A stretch of 64,000 bases of DNA, taken from contig CAVPIB010000004.1 in NCBI GenBank assembly GCA_963704885.1, positions 896,001 through 960,000 on the forward strand. The letters are read 5' to 3'. Made by a program: the position numbers and the translations under genes. The notes below the pieces were generated by a model that was not told the origin of the DNA, did no database searches, and saw only the letters and a list, made by a program, of their open reading frames with translations. This DNA comes from an uncultured Actinomycetes bacterium. Its GTDB lineage: Bacteria; Actinomycetota; UBA4738; HRBIN12. Shown one piece after another: positions 19,294 through 29,905 of the stretch (position 1 is its first letter; the number at the start of each line of letters is the position of its first letter).

Positions 19294-19620
19294 CTAGCTG
19301 CTCGACGCACCGTCCGTATCGTCACCTTCGTCGCTCTCGTCACCCTTGTCGCTCTTGTCGCCGCCGATGGCATCCTTCGCCTTGTCCAGCAGGCTTCCGG
19401 CGACGTCGCCGGCCTTGTCCACCAGCGGCTTGGCCTTCTCCACCACATCGCCGGTGACGTCCTTCGCCTTGTCGAAACCCTTGCCCGCCGCGTGGCCCGC
19501 CTTGTCGAGGAGCGGCTTGGTCTTCTCGACCACGCTGCCCGTGACGCCCTTCGCCGTGTCGACGACCCCTCCGGCCACGTCCTTCGCCTTGTCGACGAGG
19601 CCCTTATCCTCCTCCGCCAT
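19294..19620 (-). CDS. Small amphipathic repeat protein (LEA-like)
   Basis: Repeated (L/V)DKAKD(V)xG units, acidic tail; AAGGAGG RBS. Confidence 0.75.
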   Translation of the reverse strand: MAEEDKGLVDKAKDVAGGVVDTAKGVTGSVVEKTKPLLDKAGHAAGKGFDKAKDVTGDVVEKAKPLVDKAGDVAGSLLDKAKDAIGGDKSDKGDESDEGDDTDGASSS

Positions 19621-19692
19621 CGCGTGCCTCCTTGTCGGGGATGGATCACCTATCGTGACAGCCCACGCCGGGAACGTCTAACCGACCGAACC

Positions 19693-20541
19693 CTACGGGA
19701 GTCGTTCCAGCGCCCCCGCCAACCCACTGCGGACGAACGCCGGCTGGTGAGTCTGGATGCCGTAGCTCACCTCGTGCCAGGGCATCAGCATGAACGCGAA
19801 CCGGGCGCGCACGAGGAAGCGATCGTCTGGAGCGCCGCCGTAGGCGCCGAGCACCCGAGTCCCGATCTGGGGCCAGGCATGGAGGAGCCATGCAAGGTCG
19901 AAGACGGGATCGCCCACCTCGATGTCTCCCCAGTCGATCACGCCGGCCAGGTCACCTGCCTCGGTGACCAGCACGTGCTCCGGACCGATATCGCCGTGCG
20001 TCACGCATGGCGCGAACCGGAAGTTGTCGTCGTCTTCCAGGAAGGTCTCCGTGGCCAGCTCGGCGCGCGTGCGCGCGTCGGCGTCCAGCAGAGGCAGGAC
20101 GTGCGCGCCGAGCGACCCCACCACCTCGCGTAGCCCTTCGCGAACCGTCGCAGCGGAGATCGAGCGCATCCCGAGGAACTCCGGCGGCGTCATATGCAAG
20201 TCATACAGGAACCGGCCCAGCCGCTCGGGCCAGATCCCTTCGAGCTCCGCGGACACCGGCCGGCCATCGATCCGCCGGTAACCCATGCAGACGGGATCGG
20301 TCGACGCGTACACGGGCACGGGAACCGCCGACGACACCTCTCGATACACCTCGGGAAGCGCCGCGATCTGCTTGCGTAGCCGCTCGTCCGAGTCGGGGAG
20401 CCGAGGGAGCTGGAAGACCCACTCGCCGTTCGCCACGTAGGTGAAGCAGTCCCAGCCCCCCTCGAGCGGCACGAGCGTGTCGATCTCGAGTTCGGGCCAA
20501 CGCCCGAGGATGAACGCTCGGTGATCGTCGGCCGAGGTCAC
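19693..20541 (-). CDS. Aminoglycoside phosphotransferase-like kinase
   Basis: HGDIGPEH, VIDWGD, GDPVFDLA. Confidence 0.88.
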   Translation of the reverse strand: MTSADDHRAFILGRWPELEIDTLVPLEGGWDCFTYVANGEWVFQLPRLPDSDERLRKQIAALPEVYREVSSAVPVPVYASTDPVCMGYRRIDGRPVSAELEGIWPERLGRFLYDLHMTPPEFLGMRSISAATVREGLREVVGSLGAHVLPLLDADARTRAELATETFLEDDDNFRFAPCVTHGDIGPEHVLVTEAGDLAGVIDWGDIEVGDPVFDLAWLLHAWPQIGTRVLGAYGGAPDDRFLVRARFAFMLMPWHEVSYGIQTHQPAFVRSGLAGALERLP

Positions 20542-21746
20542 GAGGGGACAGGCCCGGTCTCAGCCGCCGGTGCCTCCGGCTCCGCGAGGGCGGGGGTGGA
20601 AAGTGCGAACCACGCCACGACGCCCCCCGCCAGGGCCAGGACCGAGGCCCCGGCGTACAGGACCATGGTGCCGGCGTGTTCGTACACGTAGCCCCCGATG
20701 CCGGCTCCCAGGATCGGGCCGATGCCGAAGCCCACCATCTGCGCGACCGAGTTCCCCGTGGAATAGAGGGTGTTCGGAAGCAGCCGGCCCACGACCACCA
20801 CGGCCGTCGTGAACAGCAGGCTGAACGCCATGCCTTCGAGGACCGTCAGCAGCGACACGATCGTCGGGTCGTCGATCAGACCCCAGAGCAGGAACCCGAT
20901 CGCGTAGAGGAGGCACCCCAGAGCGAAGACGCTCCGCAGACCCCAGCGCGACTGCCACTTGGAGGAAGCTCGCATCATCGGAACCTCGACCAGCCCGCCC
21001 GCCGCCGCCCCCAAACCGATGAGGAACGGGCCGCCCCCTTCGCTCACGATCTTCAGCGAGATGAAGTTCCAAGCGGCGTTGAACCCCGTCCAGACCAACA
21101 GGATCGCGACCAGGAAGAACCAGAACCGCGGCGCCTCTCGGAAGACAGCGCCCACCGCTCCCAATCTGCCGTGCACCACCACGTCGGTCGGACGATCTCG
21201 CTCCAGGGTCTCGCTCCACACCAACACGGCCAAGCATGCGACCGCGAAGATCGGCATCGCCCAGTCGAGCCCGGCCAGTTGCAGGACCGCGCCGTAAACG
21301 AGGCAACCGAGGGCGTAGGATGCGCTCTCCCACCCGCGGATCCGACCGTAGTCGGACATCCGTTCGTCGCCGAGCTGCACCAGCACTATCGCGTCGATGT
21401 TCGGCCCGGTCGAGACCATGAACGCCGCGATCACGATCGCCGCGACCGTGATCATCGGAAGACCATCGGCCTGGCTCATGATGATCGCGCCCACGGCGGT
21501 CCCCGCCGCGCCCAGCTGCAACGCCGTCAGCCGCCCGATCCTGGTGTCCGCGTAGTGACCCCAGAGCGGGTTCGTCACTATCCGGGCGAACGCCATGATG
21601 GCGATCACGATCCCGATCTGGTCCGCCGAGAGTCCGCGGTCCTGCAGGTAGATCGCCAGGAACGGGAAGAACGCTGCAACGACGAACCCGAAGGTGACGA
21701 ATAGCCCCTGCACCGCTGCCGGCGGTTGAACGCGTCCCCGGATCAC
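20538..21746 (-). CDS. MFS transporter
   Basis: About 12 TM segments; WGHYAD and YGRIRGW motifs. Confidence 0.88.
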   Translation of the reverse strand: MIRGRVQPPAAVQGLFVTFGFVVAAFFPFLAIYLQDRGLSADQIGIVIAIMAFARIVTNPLWGHYADTRIGRLTALQLGAAGTAVGAIIMSQADGLPMITVAAIVIAAFMVSTGPNIDAIVLVQLGDERMSDYGRIRGWESASYALGCLVYGAVLQLAGLDWAMPIFAVACLAVLVWSETLERDRPTDVVVHGRLGAVGAVFREAPRFWFFLVAILLVWTGFNAAWNFISLKIVSEGGGPFLIGLGAAAGGLVEVPMMRASSKWQSRWGLRSVFALGCLLYAIGFLLWGLIDDPTIVSLLTVLEGMAFSLLFTTAVVVVGRLLPNTLYSTGNSVAQMVGFGIGPILGAGIGGYVYEHAGTMVLYAGASVLALAGGVVAWFALSTPALAEPEAPAAETGPVPS

Positions 21747-21845
21747 GGGGCGGGTCCAACCATGGTCGGATCGCTCTTGCCGGCCATGTCAGGGTCTGCA
21801 AGCGACACGTGCATGTCCGGCATGGTATCCGCGAGCGCCGGGTGC

Positions 21846-23846
21846 TCAGACCTCGTCACAGGACAGGCGGGCGTCTCCCCAGTCGGCGTGGTCGGACGCC
21901 GGGCCGTCGCCCGCGGGCGTAACGACGAGCGCGATGCTATCGAGCCCGGTGACGTCGGCCGCTAGCGGGACGGGGGGTTGCGATCCACGCACGAGGCCGC
22001 TGGTTGCCAAGCGCCGACCTTCGGCCCACACCTCGAACACGACCGAGCCTGCGTCGCCCACTTCCTCGTCGAGGCCGATATCCGCCAGGAACAACGAGCA
22101 CCTACCTCCGAGGTCGAGGACGATCCGGCTCGGAGCGTGCACGCCGATCCCATGGTCGAAGGCAAACAGCCCGACGACGATAGGGATACCGTCGTCGGGA
22201 GCTCGCTCGCCGTTGCTCCTGTCGATCTCCGGCGGGCCCCACCCGTTCTTCACTTCCAGCCACTCAATGTCACCGGCGTACGTAACCGGTCCGGAGATCG
22301 AAGGGGTGGGCGAGGGCGGCGGTCCTGGCACCTCGAACGCCCCCAGGTCGATCCCGCCGGCTTGGGCTCGGGGTTCGCCCGCGAGATCGATCGCTCCGGA
22401 AGCAGCCAGGAACGCGCCGGCGTCCACCGCCGGCGAGCCGGTCTGGAGCGTGTAATCGTGGCCCCCGGCGTCGGCGAAGGCCGGGTCGACGAACGCCGAC
22501 GCGCGGTCGTTCCCTGAAAGCGCGCCCCACGTGTCGAAGTCTTCGTAGTCGATGCCCTTCCACTGCCAGGTGCCCGTGGGGCTCCCGTCGACCGAGTAGT
22601 AAAGGTTGTGGTCGAGGATGTTGCCTAGGTTCTCGCGATACGGGTTCTCCACGAAGTCGTGCCGCGGTCCGGCGACGATCACGTTGTTCGCGATCACGTT
22701 GTTCCTGGTGTCGAACTGCACGAGCAACTCGACCCCATCGGTGTTCACGATCGTGTTGTTCACGATCACGCAGTCCTCTGTGCTCCCTCGGCGCCGGTCA
22801 TAGCCGCCGATGGCGATCCCGATCGCGGTCGCGTCGTAAACGAGGTTGTTGCGTGCCGTGATGTTCCGCGTGGAGCGGCCGGTATGCTCGCTGGCAAGCT
22901 CGATCCCGATGTTCACGTCGTGGATCACGTTGCCTTCGATCAGGATGTCGCGGCCGCCGTCGACGTAGATGCCGTCGGCGCTGCGGTCCTTCCCATACGC
23001 GGGGTTCCCGTAGCTGTCGATGTTCCACACGGTATTGCCGCGCACGATCCCGTCGCGGGCCTGGTCCACGGTCGGATCCGGAGCGGTCCCCTCGAACCCG
23101 ATCACGTCTATCCCGATGTTGTTGGTGTCGTGCACCCGGTTGCCCTCGATCAGGAAGTCCTTCACGTTGCCGTTCACGACGAGGGCCTCCGAAGAGCCGA
23201 GCGTGAGGTTCGCGAGCTCGTTCTCGACGATCTCCACCTCCCCGATCGGGTGGTCCGCGGTGGTGCCGAACACGGCGATGCCGTGGGCGTCCCCACCGTT
23301 CCGGCCCTCGAAAGTCGTCCCCATGTCGTGGACGAAGTTGCCGGCTAGCCGGATGTGGTTCGAACCCCCTGTTACGAGGATGCCGATGGGCACGTGGCCT
23401 GACACGCCGCTGCGGTACCCAGTGATCTCGAAGCCCTCGATCGCCACATACGCCACCGAATCGAGCAGGATCAGGGCGGACTGTCCGGCGGGCACCTCGA
23501 GCGCCGAGCCGTCGAGCACGACGCGCTCATCGGGAGCCGCCGCGAACGTGATGGGGCTTCCGGCCTCGCCCGAGACGCGGATCTCGACCCGTTCAGCGTA
23601 GGAGCCGCCCGCCGCGTAGACCGTGTCGCCAGGCAGGACGGTATCGGCCGCGTGCTGGATCGTGGCCCACGGGTCGTCGCGGGTCCCCGGCCCGGCGTCG
23701 TCGCCCCAGGTGGCCACCCAGAAGGCGGGTCTCTCGGTCGAAGGAGCCACCGCATCGTCGCGTGTGGCGAGAGCCCACGCGGTCACGCACAGCAGACCGA
23801 CGCACGCGGTTGAGAGCGCGGCCACGAGTCGTCGCTCTGTGATCAT
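21846..23846 (-). CDS. Secreted right-handed beta-helix protein with C-terminal NPCBM/NEW2 domain
   Basis: PWATIQHAAD, Asn-rich beta-helix repeats, GIGVHA..DHADWGDARL (NPCBM). Confidence 0.82.
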   Translation of the reverse strand: MITERRLVAALSTACVGLLCVTAWALATRDDAVAPSTERPAFWVATWGDDAGPGTRDDPWATIQHAADTVLPGDTVYAAGGSYAERVEIRVSGEAGSPITFAAAPDERVVLDGSALEVPAGQSALILLDSVAYVAIEGFEITGYRSGVSGHVPIGILVTGGSNHIRLAGNFVHDMGTTFEGRNGGDAHGIAVFGTTADHPIGEVEIVENELANLTLGSSEALVVNGNVKDFLIEGNRVHDTNNIGIDVIGFEGTAPDPTVDQARDGIVRGNTVWNIDSYGNPAYGKDRSADGIYVDGGRDILIEGNVIHDVNIGIELASEHTGRSTRNITARNNLVYDATAIGIAIGGYDRRRGSTEDCVIVNNTIVNTDGVELLVQFDTRNNVIANNVIVAGPRHDFVENPYRENLGNILDHNLYYSVDGSPTGTWQWKGIDYEDFDTWGALSGNDRASAFVDPAFADAGGHDYTLQTGSPAVDAGAFLAASGAIDLAGEPRAQAGGIDLGAFEVPGPPPSPTPSISGPVTYAGDIEWLEVKNGWGPPEIDRSNGERAPDDGIPIVVGLFAFDHGIGVHAPSRIVLDLGGRCSLFLADIGLDEEVGDAGSVVFEVWAEGRRLATSGLVRGSQPPVPLAADVTGLDSIALVVTPAGDGPASDHADWGDARLSCDEV

Positions 23847-24973
23847 CCCGGTCGGATCGCCAGCCCGCTCGTCGCGTCGAACATGCGGACGTCCTCTGGC
23901 GCGATGGCCACGTGCAGCCGTGTTCCGATCTTGGGGCGCTCGTGGGGTGAGAGGCGAAGGGTGATGGTGGCTCGGTCATCGGCGGTATCGGCCAGGAGCG
24001 TCCCCCGCTCTTCCGTGATGCGGATGCCGGCGTCGCGCGCCTCAACGGAGCCGTGCGCCAACACCTCGTCACCCAGCGGCTCGACCACCTCGACGCGGAC
24101 CTCGAGACCCGGCCCGGGATGCTCCTCGCCCACGGCACGCATCGCCTCGGGCCGGATGCCGACGAACACGTCGCCATCGGGCACACCGGTGACCTCGAGC
24201 TCGAGGTCACCGGCCACGACATGCCCGGTCGCCACCGTTGCCTTGAGCAGGTTCATCGGCGGGGAACCGATGAAGCCGGCCACGAACACGTTGTCCGGGT
24301 GGTCGTAGACGTCCTGTGGGCGCCCGACCTGCTGCAACACCCCCTCCGATAGCACGGCGATCCGCTCGCCCAGGGTCATCGCCTCCACCTGGTCGTGCGT
24401 CACATAGATCGTCGTCACCCCGAGGCGATCTTGGAGCCGCTTGAGCTCCGCTCGCATCTCGACCCGGAGCTTCGCGTCCAGGTTCGACAGGGGTTCGTCT
24501 AGAAGGAAGACCTCGGGCTCGCGCACGAGGGCTCTACCCATAGCGACGCGTTGCCGCTGACCGCCCGAGAGCTGACCCGGTCGCCTGCGCAGGAGGTCCT
24601 CCAGGCCGAGCATCCGACTGACCTCGTCGACCCTGCGGCGCACCTCGTCCCTGTCCGTCTTGCGCTGCCGCAGCCCGAACCCGAGGTTCTTCTCGACGGT
24701 CATGTGGGGATACAGCGCGTAGTTCTGGAACACCATCGCGATGTCCCGGTCCTTGGGGGGTACGTCGTTCACCACTCGGTCGCCGATGGTGATCGTCCCG
24801 CCGCTGATCCTCTCGAGTCCGGCGACCATCCGCAGCGCGGTCGACTTCCCACACCCGGATGGCCCGACGAGGATCAGGAACTCACCGTCCGCCACGTCCA
24901 GCGTGAGATCACTCACTGCCACCACGGAGCCCGGATACACCTTGGAGACGTCCTTGAAGCCGACCCGAGCCAT
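23843..24973 (-). CDS. Sugar ABC transporter ATP-binding protein (MalK/UgpC type)
   Basis: GPSGCGKS, FQNYALYPH, LSGGQRQ, DEPLSNLD. Confidence 0.95.
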   Translation of the reverse strand: MARVGFKDVSKVYPGSVVAVSDLTLDVADGEFLILVGPSGCGKSTALRMVAGLERISGGTITIGDRVVNDVPPKDRDIAMVFQNYALYPHMTVEKNLGFGLRQRKTDRDEVRRRVDEVSRMLGLEDLLRRRPGQLSGGQRQRVAMGRALVREPEVFLLDEPLSNLDAKLRVEMRAELKRLQDRLGVTTIYVTHDQVEAMTLGERIAVLSEGVLQQVGRPQDVYDHPDNVFVAGFIGSPPMNLLKATVATGHVVAGDLELEVTGVPDGDVFVGIRPEAMRAVGEEHPGPGLEVRVEVVEPLGDEVLAHGSVEARDAGIRITEERGTLLADTADDRATITLRLSPHERPKIGTRLHVAIAPEDVRMFDATSGLAIRPG

Positions 24974-24978
24974 GCCGG

Positions 24979-25899
24979 CTACCCCTTGAGACCTTGCGTG
25001 GCGATGCCCCGCACGAAGTAGCGCTGTGCGACGAGGAACAGCGCCAGGATCGGCAGCATCGACATGATGTTCGCCGCAGCGACCAGGTGCCATTGCGTCT
25101 GGTGCGCGCCCTGGAAGGTTGCGAGCCCGAGCTGCAAGGTGAATGCGCCCTGGTTCGTAAGGATCGTCACGAGCGGCCAGAGGAACTCGTTCCATGTCCA
25201 CATGAACTGGATCACGGCGAGCGTCGCTAGCGCCGGCAGCGACAGCGGGATGACGATCCGAAGCAGGATCGACAGCTTGGAAGCACCGTCTATGCGGGCT
25301 GCCTCCTCGAGCTCGATCGGGAGGGTGCGGAAGAACTGGGTGAGCATGAAGATGCCGAAAACGCTTGCCAGGTGCGGCACGATGAGCGCGCCGAGACGGT
25401 CGATGAGACCCAGGTCCTTCACGATCAGGAACGTGGGGATGAGCACGACCTGCAGCGGCACCATCAACGTGGCCAGCAGCAGGAAGTAGACGACGCCGCG
25501 GCCGAGGAACCGCATCCTCGCGAACGCGTAGGCCGCGAGACAGCACAAGACCAGGTTGCTGAGGACGATCGTGACGGTCACGACGGTGGTGTTCCAGAAC
25601 CACGTGCCGAACGCCGAGTCGCGGATCACGTTGAGGTAATTCTCGAACCGGAGGGTCCCCGGCCACAGGATCGGGGGGAAGTGGAACGTCTGCGCTTCGG
25701 TCTCGAGCGAGGTCACCACCATCCACACGAGGGGCAGCAGCATCACCACGGCGAGCGGGGCGAGGAACAGGTGCCAAGGGTCGAAGGGGAGCAGGCGCCC
25801 TCGCCCGCGCTCGACCATCCCGGTCTCTCCCGCGAGCATGGCCGGATCGGAGTGGGCGCTGCGCGCAGCGGCGTGGGTAGGGACGGTGGTGGCGCTCAT
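24979..25899 (-). CDS. Carbohydrate ABC permease (MalG type)
   Basis: ELEEAARIDGA EAA loop, WNEFLWP. Confidence 0.93.
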   Translation of the reverse strand: MSATTVPTHAAARSAHSDPAMLAGETGMVERGRGRLLPFDPWHLFLAPLAVVMLLPLVWMVVTSLETEAQTFHFPPILWPGTLRFENYLNVIRDSAFGTWFWNTTVVTVTIVLSNLVLCCLAAYAFARMRFLGRGVVYFLLLATLMVPLQVVLIPTFLIVKDLGLIDRLGALIVPHLASVFGIFMLTQFFRTLPIELEEAARIDGASKLSILLRIVIPLSLPALATLAVIQFMWTWNEFLWPLVTILTNQGAFTLQLGLATFQGAHQTQWHLVAAANIMSMLPILALFLVAQRYFVRGIATQGLKG

Positions 25900-26804
25900 G
25901 ACTGATAGTGGACGACGCGCCTGCCGAGCCAGAACTGAGCCAGGGTGAGCAGGAGGATCACGAGGAACAACACGTAAGCGATGGCCGCAGCGTATCCGGC
26001 GAGGGACAGGCCCCCGAGGCCTTGCTCGAAGGCGAGCCGGTAGACGTAGAAGACGACGACCGACGTGCGACCCAGCGGGCCTCCCTTCGTGACGAAGAAC
26101 ACCTCGTCGAAGAGCTGGAGCGCGCTGATCGATGACCAGACGACCAGCAGCAGCGTGGCGGGCCCGAGCATGGGCCAAGTCACGCGCCAGAACGAGGTCC
26201 AACGACTCGCGCCGTCGATCGCGGCTGCCTCGAGCAACTCTTGCGGAACGCCCTGGAGCGCGGCCAAGTAGATGATCGCGTCGAAGCCGAGCCATCCCCA
26301 CACGGTCATCAGGACGAGGGCGAACATGGCCTGCCGTGGCTCCTCGAAGAACCCGAACGGTCCCTGTCCCACCTTGCCGAGTAGCCAGTTCGCCAGGCCG
26401 TAGTTCCGGTCGAAGAGCCACAGGAACATGATCCCGGTCGCGATCGTGGAGGTGACGACCGGGATGAATACCGCGAGCCGGTAGAAGCGGATGAACGCGA
26501 TCTTTCGGTTCAGCGCGTGAGCGACGACGAGCGCCGCGAGGATCGAGGTCGGTACGAACAAGATCGTGTAGTAGATCGTGTTGATAGCTGCCTGCTTGAC
26601 CTTAGGGTCGTTCACGAGCCTGGCGTAGTTCTCGAGCCCGACCCACTCGCGGTCCGGTGAGATCAGGCCCGCCTTCTGGAACGACAGGATCAACCCCCAG
26701 ACGATGGGGACGATCCCGAAGACGGCGATCAGGATGACCGAGGGAAGGATGAAGGCCCAGCCGGCGGCGTGATCTGAGACCAGGAACCGCCGGAACCCCT
26801 TCAC
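25896..26804 (-). CDS. Carbohydrate ABC permease (MalF type)
   Basis: VGLENY, LEAAAIDGA, QLFDE. Confidence 0.93.
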   Translation of the reverse strand: MKGFRRFLVSDHAAGWAFILPSVILIAVFGIVPIVWGLILSFQKAGLISPDREWVGLENYARLVNDPKVKQAAINTIYYTILFVPTSILAALVVAHALNRKIAFIRFYRLAVFIPVVTSTIATGIMFLWLFDRNYGLANWLLGKVGQGPFGFFEEPRQAMFALVLMTVWGWLGFDAIIYLAALQGVPQELLEAAAIDGASRWTSFWRVTWPMLGPATLLLVVWSSISALQLFDEVFFVTKGGPLGRTSVVVFYVYRLAFEQGLGGLSLAGYAAAIAYVLFLVILLLTLAQFWLGRRVVHYQS

Positions 26805-26840
26805 CCGTCCTCCGTAGCCCGCCGCCGGATCGGACGCAAC

Positions 26841-28148
26841 CTACCCGCCGAGTGCCAGGGAATCGTTCGCCTGCGCCGCCGCCTCGTCGAGCGCGCCCTG
26901 TGCGTCGTTCTCCCCCAGCATGGCCGAGACGATCGCGAACCCCATCGCCTCAGAGATCTGCGGATAGGAGGCGAGCACCGGCCGCGCCTGCTCTACGTTC
27001 GCCAGGTTCTCAGCGAACACGTCTACCCCGGGGATGGTGGTCCCGAACTCCTCGATGAACGCGGCGTCTTCGATGACGGTGAGGCGGAAAGGAAGGTGCC
27101 CTGCGGCCAGCGCATCTGCCTTCATCTGCTCAGGCGCGGTGAGCCACGCGATGAACTCGAGCGCCGCCTCGGCCCGCCCGCCGCCGTTGTCGAACACGGT
27201 CCACATGTCGGGTCCGGCGATCGTCTGGTGGTCACCGTCGAACCCCGGCAGGATCTCGACGCCGTAGTCCACGTCCGGGAAGCTCGACAGGTCCCAAGGA
27301 CCGGTCACGAGCATCCCGATCTTGCCGCTGTTGAACAGACCCGTGTAGGGCGAGTTCTGCACGTCGAGGAAGACCGACTCGTCCTCGACGGCCATCCCAA
27401 CGAGGACCTCGAGCGCCTCGACACCCTCGGGGGAGTTGAAGGCCGCCTCCGTGCCGTCTTCGTTCAGGATCGAGCCGCCGTTCTGCCACAGGAGCGGATC
27501 GTAGTGCCAGACGGAGTCCTCCGAGGCGTCCATGGGATAGGAGAACCCGAACTGCTTCTGCGCCGGGTCGGTGAGCGCCTTCGCCGCGGCCCGGAAGTCC
27601 TCCCACGTCCACTGGTCGTTTGGGTACTCGAGCCCTGCCTCGTCGAACAACGCCTCGTTGTAGACCACGGCCAAGTTGTCGATGAGCGCGGGGACGCCGA
27701 GCACCGCGCCTTCGAAGGTCGCGGCGTCCCTAGCCCCCTGGACGAAGTCCTCCCAGTTCACGTCGGGCTGCTGCGTCCACGCCGTAAGGTCGACGAGGCC
27801 GGGAGCCGCGGCGAGCTGCGGCAGCGAGGAGCCGTACTGGTAGGTGATGTCCGGCGGCTCGCCGCCCTGCAGCGCGACGGTCAGCTTCTGAAGCGCCTTG
27901 TCGTTGTTCACGAACAGCGGCTCGATCTGTATGTCGGGGTTCGTAGTGTTCCACTCGTCGAGGAGGGCGTTGAGCGAGTCGGCCTCCGCGTCGGTGTAGC
28001 CGTGCCAGAAGGTGAGCTTGACCGAGCCCGTGGGGCCGCCGGTGGGGCCGCCGGTCGGCTCGCCGTTGTCGTCGCCTCCTCCGGTACAGGCGGCTCCGAG
28101 AAGGACGAAAACGGCCCCGATCACGAGGACATGGCTGCGCTTCATCAT
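26841..28148 (-). CDS. Sugar ABC substrate-binding lipoprotein
   Basis: Lipobox GAAC, LTFWHG, YNEALF, GPW; GAGGGG RBS. Confidence 0.92.
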   Translation of the reverse strand: MMKRSHVLVIGAVFVLLGAACTGGGDDNGEPTGGPTGGPTGSVKLTFWHGYTDAEADSLNALLDEWNTTNPDIQIEPLFVNNDKALQKLTVALQGGEPPDITYQYGSSLPQLAAAPGLVDLTAWTQQPDVNWEDFVQGARDAATFEGAVLGVPALIDNLAVVYNEALFDEAGLEYPNDQWTWEDFRAAAKALTDPAQKQFGFSYPMDASEDSVWHYDPLLWQNGGSILNEDGTEAAFNSPEGVEALEVLVGMAVEDESVFLDVQNSPYTGLFNSGKIGMLVTGPWDLSSFPDVDYGVEILPGFDGDHQTIAGPDMWTVFDNGGGRAEAALEFIAWLTAPEQMKADALAAGHLPFRLTVIEDAAFIEEFGTTIPGVDVFAENLANVEQARPVLASYPQISEAMGFAIVSAMLGENDAQGALDEAAAQANDSLALGG

Positions 28149-28177
28149 GCTGTATCCCCCTCTACTCGAGCTCTCGG

Positions 28178-29056
28178 TCATGAAAGAACCACCGATCGCG
28201 TGAGATGGCGCGGTCGATCTGGGTCGAGGCCCTTGGCATCGGCCCCGGCCACCGCCAGTCGTTGGATCATGACGAGCTCGGCCATCGGGTCGCGGCCGCT
28301 CGACAGGACCGTCGCACCCGTCGCTCGGACGTCTTCCAGTAGGTCGTCGCCGACCTCGCCGATCACCCACACGAGTGAGCCGACACCCGCGAGGCTGATC
28401 GGGCCGTGCCGATACTCCATGGCGGGGTAGGACTCCGAGAAGGACCCGCTCGCCTCCTTCACCTTGAGCGCTCCCTCGTTCGCGAGCCCGACCGTCCAGC
28501 CCGCGCCCAGGAACACGAAGTGCTCGTACGCGAGCGGGTCGGCAGGGAGGTCGGCTCCGAGCACGCGCTCGGCCTCGGCGATCGCTGGTGCGAGATCCTC
28601 CCCGAGGTGGGCGCGGAGCAGCGCGAGAACGCTGGTCGGGAACCTCGTTTGCACGACGGAGCGCTCATCCGCGAACGCCAGGGAGACGGCGACTGAGGCC
28701 ATCTCGTGTACGGGCGATCCCTCAACTCCGACGAGCGCTGTCGTTGGGCTCCGGATCTTTTCGAGAAGGCGGATGATCTCAGTGGTCGTGCCGCTCCGCG
28801 AGATCACGACGACGCGGTCGTACGTTCGCTGGGTCGGTGCCTCGGATGCTGGGTAGGCGTCTGTCTCACCAAGCGCGGCGGCTTCGCGTCGAGCGGCGTA
28901 GGCCTGGGCGACGTGCCATGACGTCCCGCACCCGACCGCCAGGACGCGCTCGCCTGCGCTGGGAAGGACGTCCGCTGAACCCGCGGCAAGCCGAACGGCC
29001 GTCTCCCAGCAACCGGGCTGAGACCTGATCTCTTGAGCGATTCTGCTCACTTCCAC
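28178..29056 (-). CDS. SIS-domain sugar isomerase/deaminase (AgaS-like)
   Basis: EIRSQP, GCGTS, ISRSGTT, SVVQT, EYRHGP. Confidence 0.88.
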   Translation of the reverse strand: MEVSRIAQEIRSQPGCWETAVRLAAGSADVLPSAGERVLAVGCGTSWHVAQAYAARREAAALGETDAYPASEAPTQRTYDRVVVISRSGTTTEIIRLLEKIRSPTTALVGVEGSPVHEMASVAVSLAFADERSVVQTRFPTSVLALLRAHLGEDLAPAIAEAERVLGADLPADPLAYEHFVFLGAGWTVGLANEGALKVKEASGSFSESYPAMEYRHGPISLAGVGSLVWVIGEVGDDLLEDVRATGATVLSSGRDPMAELVMIQRLAVAGADAKGLDPDRPRHLTRSVVLS

Positions 29057-29119
29057 TAGTTTCGCCTGGAATCGCTCACGAAGTCAACTCGACTTGCGCA
29101 TCTGGTCTACGATACACGC

Positions 29120-29878
29120 GTGAGGCGGGTGCAGCGGCTCGGCGCGATCCTCGAGGATCTCTCGGACGGCGGGGCGGTGGACGTGTCCGCTCTCAGCGAA
29201 CGCCTCGGCGCCTCACCGGCAACGATCCGCCGCGATCTCGTGTTCTTGGACGAGCAGAGACTTCTCACCCGAACCCACGGCGGCGCGGTCGCCCAGGGGG
29301 TCGCCTACGAGCTCCCCCTGCGCTACAAGGCAGGGCGCCGGCAGGACGAGAAGCGCCGGATCGCTGCCGAGGCGGCCTCTCGGGTGAACGAGGGGATGGC
29401 CATCGGGCTTACGGGAGGGACGACGACGACAGAGGTGGCGCGGGCGATCGTGGCCGTCGACAGGCTGACGGTGGTCACCAACGCACTGAACATCGCGAGC
29501 GAGCTCGCCATCCGCACGAACCTGAAGCTCGTCGTGACGGGCGGGTGGGCCCGGTCGGAGTCCTATGAGCTCGTCGGCCCGCTCGCGGAGGCATCTCTCG
29601 CGGGGTTCAACCTCGACATCGCGTTCCTAGGCGTGGACGGCATCACCGCTGAGGCCGGCCTCACGACGCACCACGACATCGAGGCCCACACCAACCAGGC
29701 GCTGATGGAACACTCGGAGCGCATCGTCGTCGTGGCAGACGGCTCGAAGGTTGGCAGGTTGGCCTTCGCGAGGATCTGCCCGCTGAGGGCCGTGAGCGAG
29801 CTGATCACGGACGGGTCGGCCGATAGCGTTGCGGTAGAGGCAATCATCGAGGCTGGGGTCGCGGTCACCATCGTCTGA
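29120..29878 (+). CDS. DeoR/AgaR family transcriptional regulator
   Basis: SPATIRRDL, RTHGGA, GGTTT, VTNALNIA. Confidence 0.93.
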   Translation: MRRVQRLGAILEDLSDGGAVDVSALSERLGASPATIRRDLVFLDEQRLLTRTHGGAVAQGVAYELPLRYKAGRRQDEKRRIAAEAASRVNEGMAIGLTGGTTTTEVARAIVAVDRLTVVTNALNIASELAIRTNLKLVVTGGWARSESYELVGPLAEASLAGFNLDIAFLGVDGITAEAGLTTHHDIEAHTNQALMEHSERIVVVADGSKVGRLAFARICPLRAVSELITDGSADSVAVEAIIEAGVAVTIV

Positions 29879-29905
29879 TGGCATATCTTCTGGGCCCATC
29901 TCGAC

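Noticed and set aside
19693-20541. Bona fide antibiotic resistance gene
   Set aside because: Only generic APH-fold motifs; no mobile context
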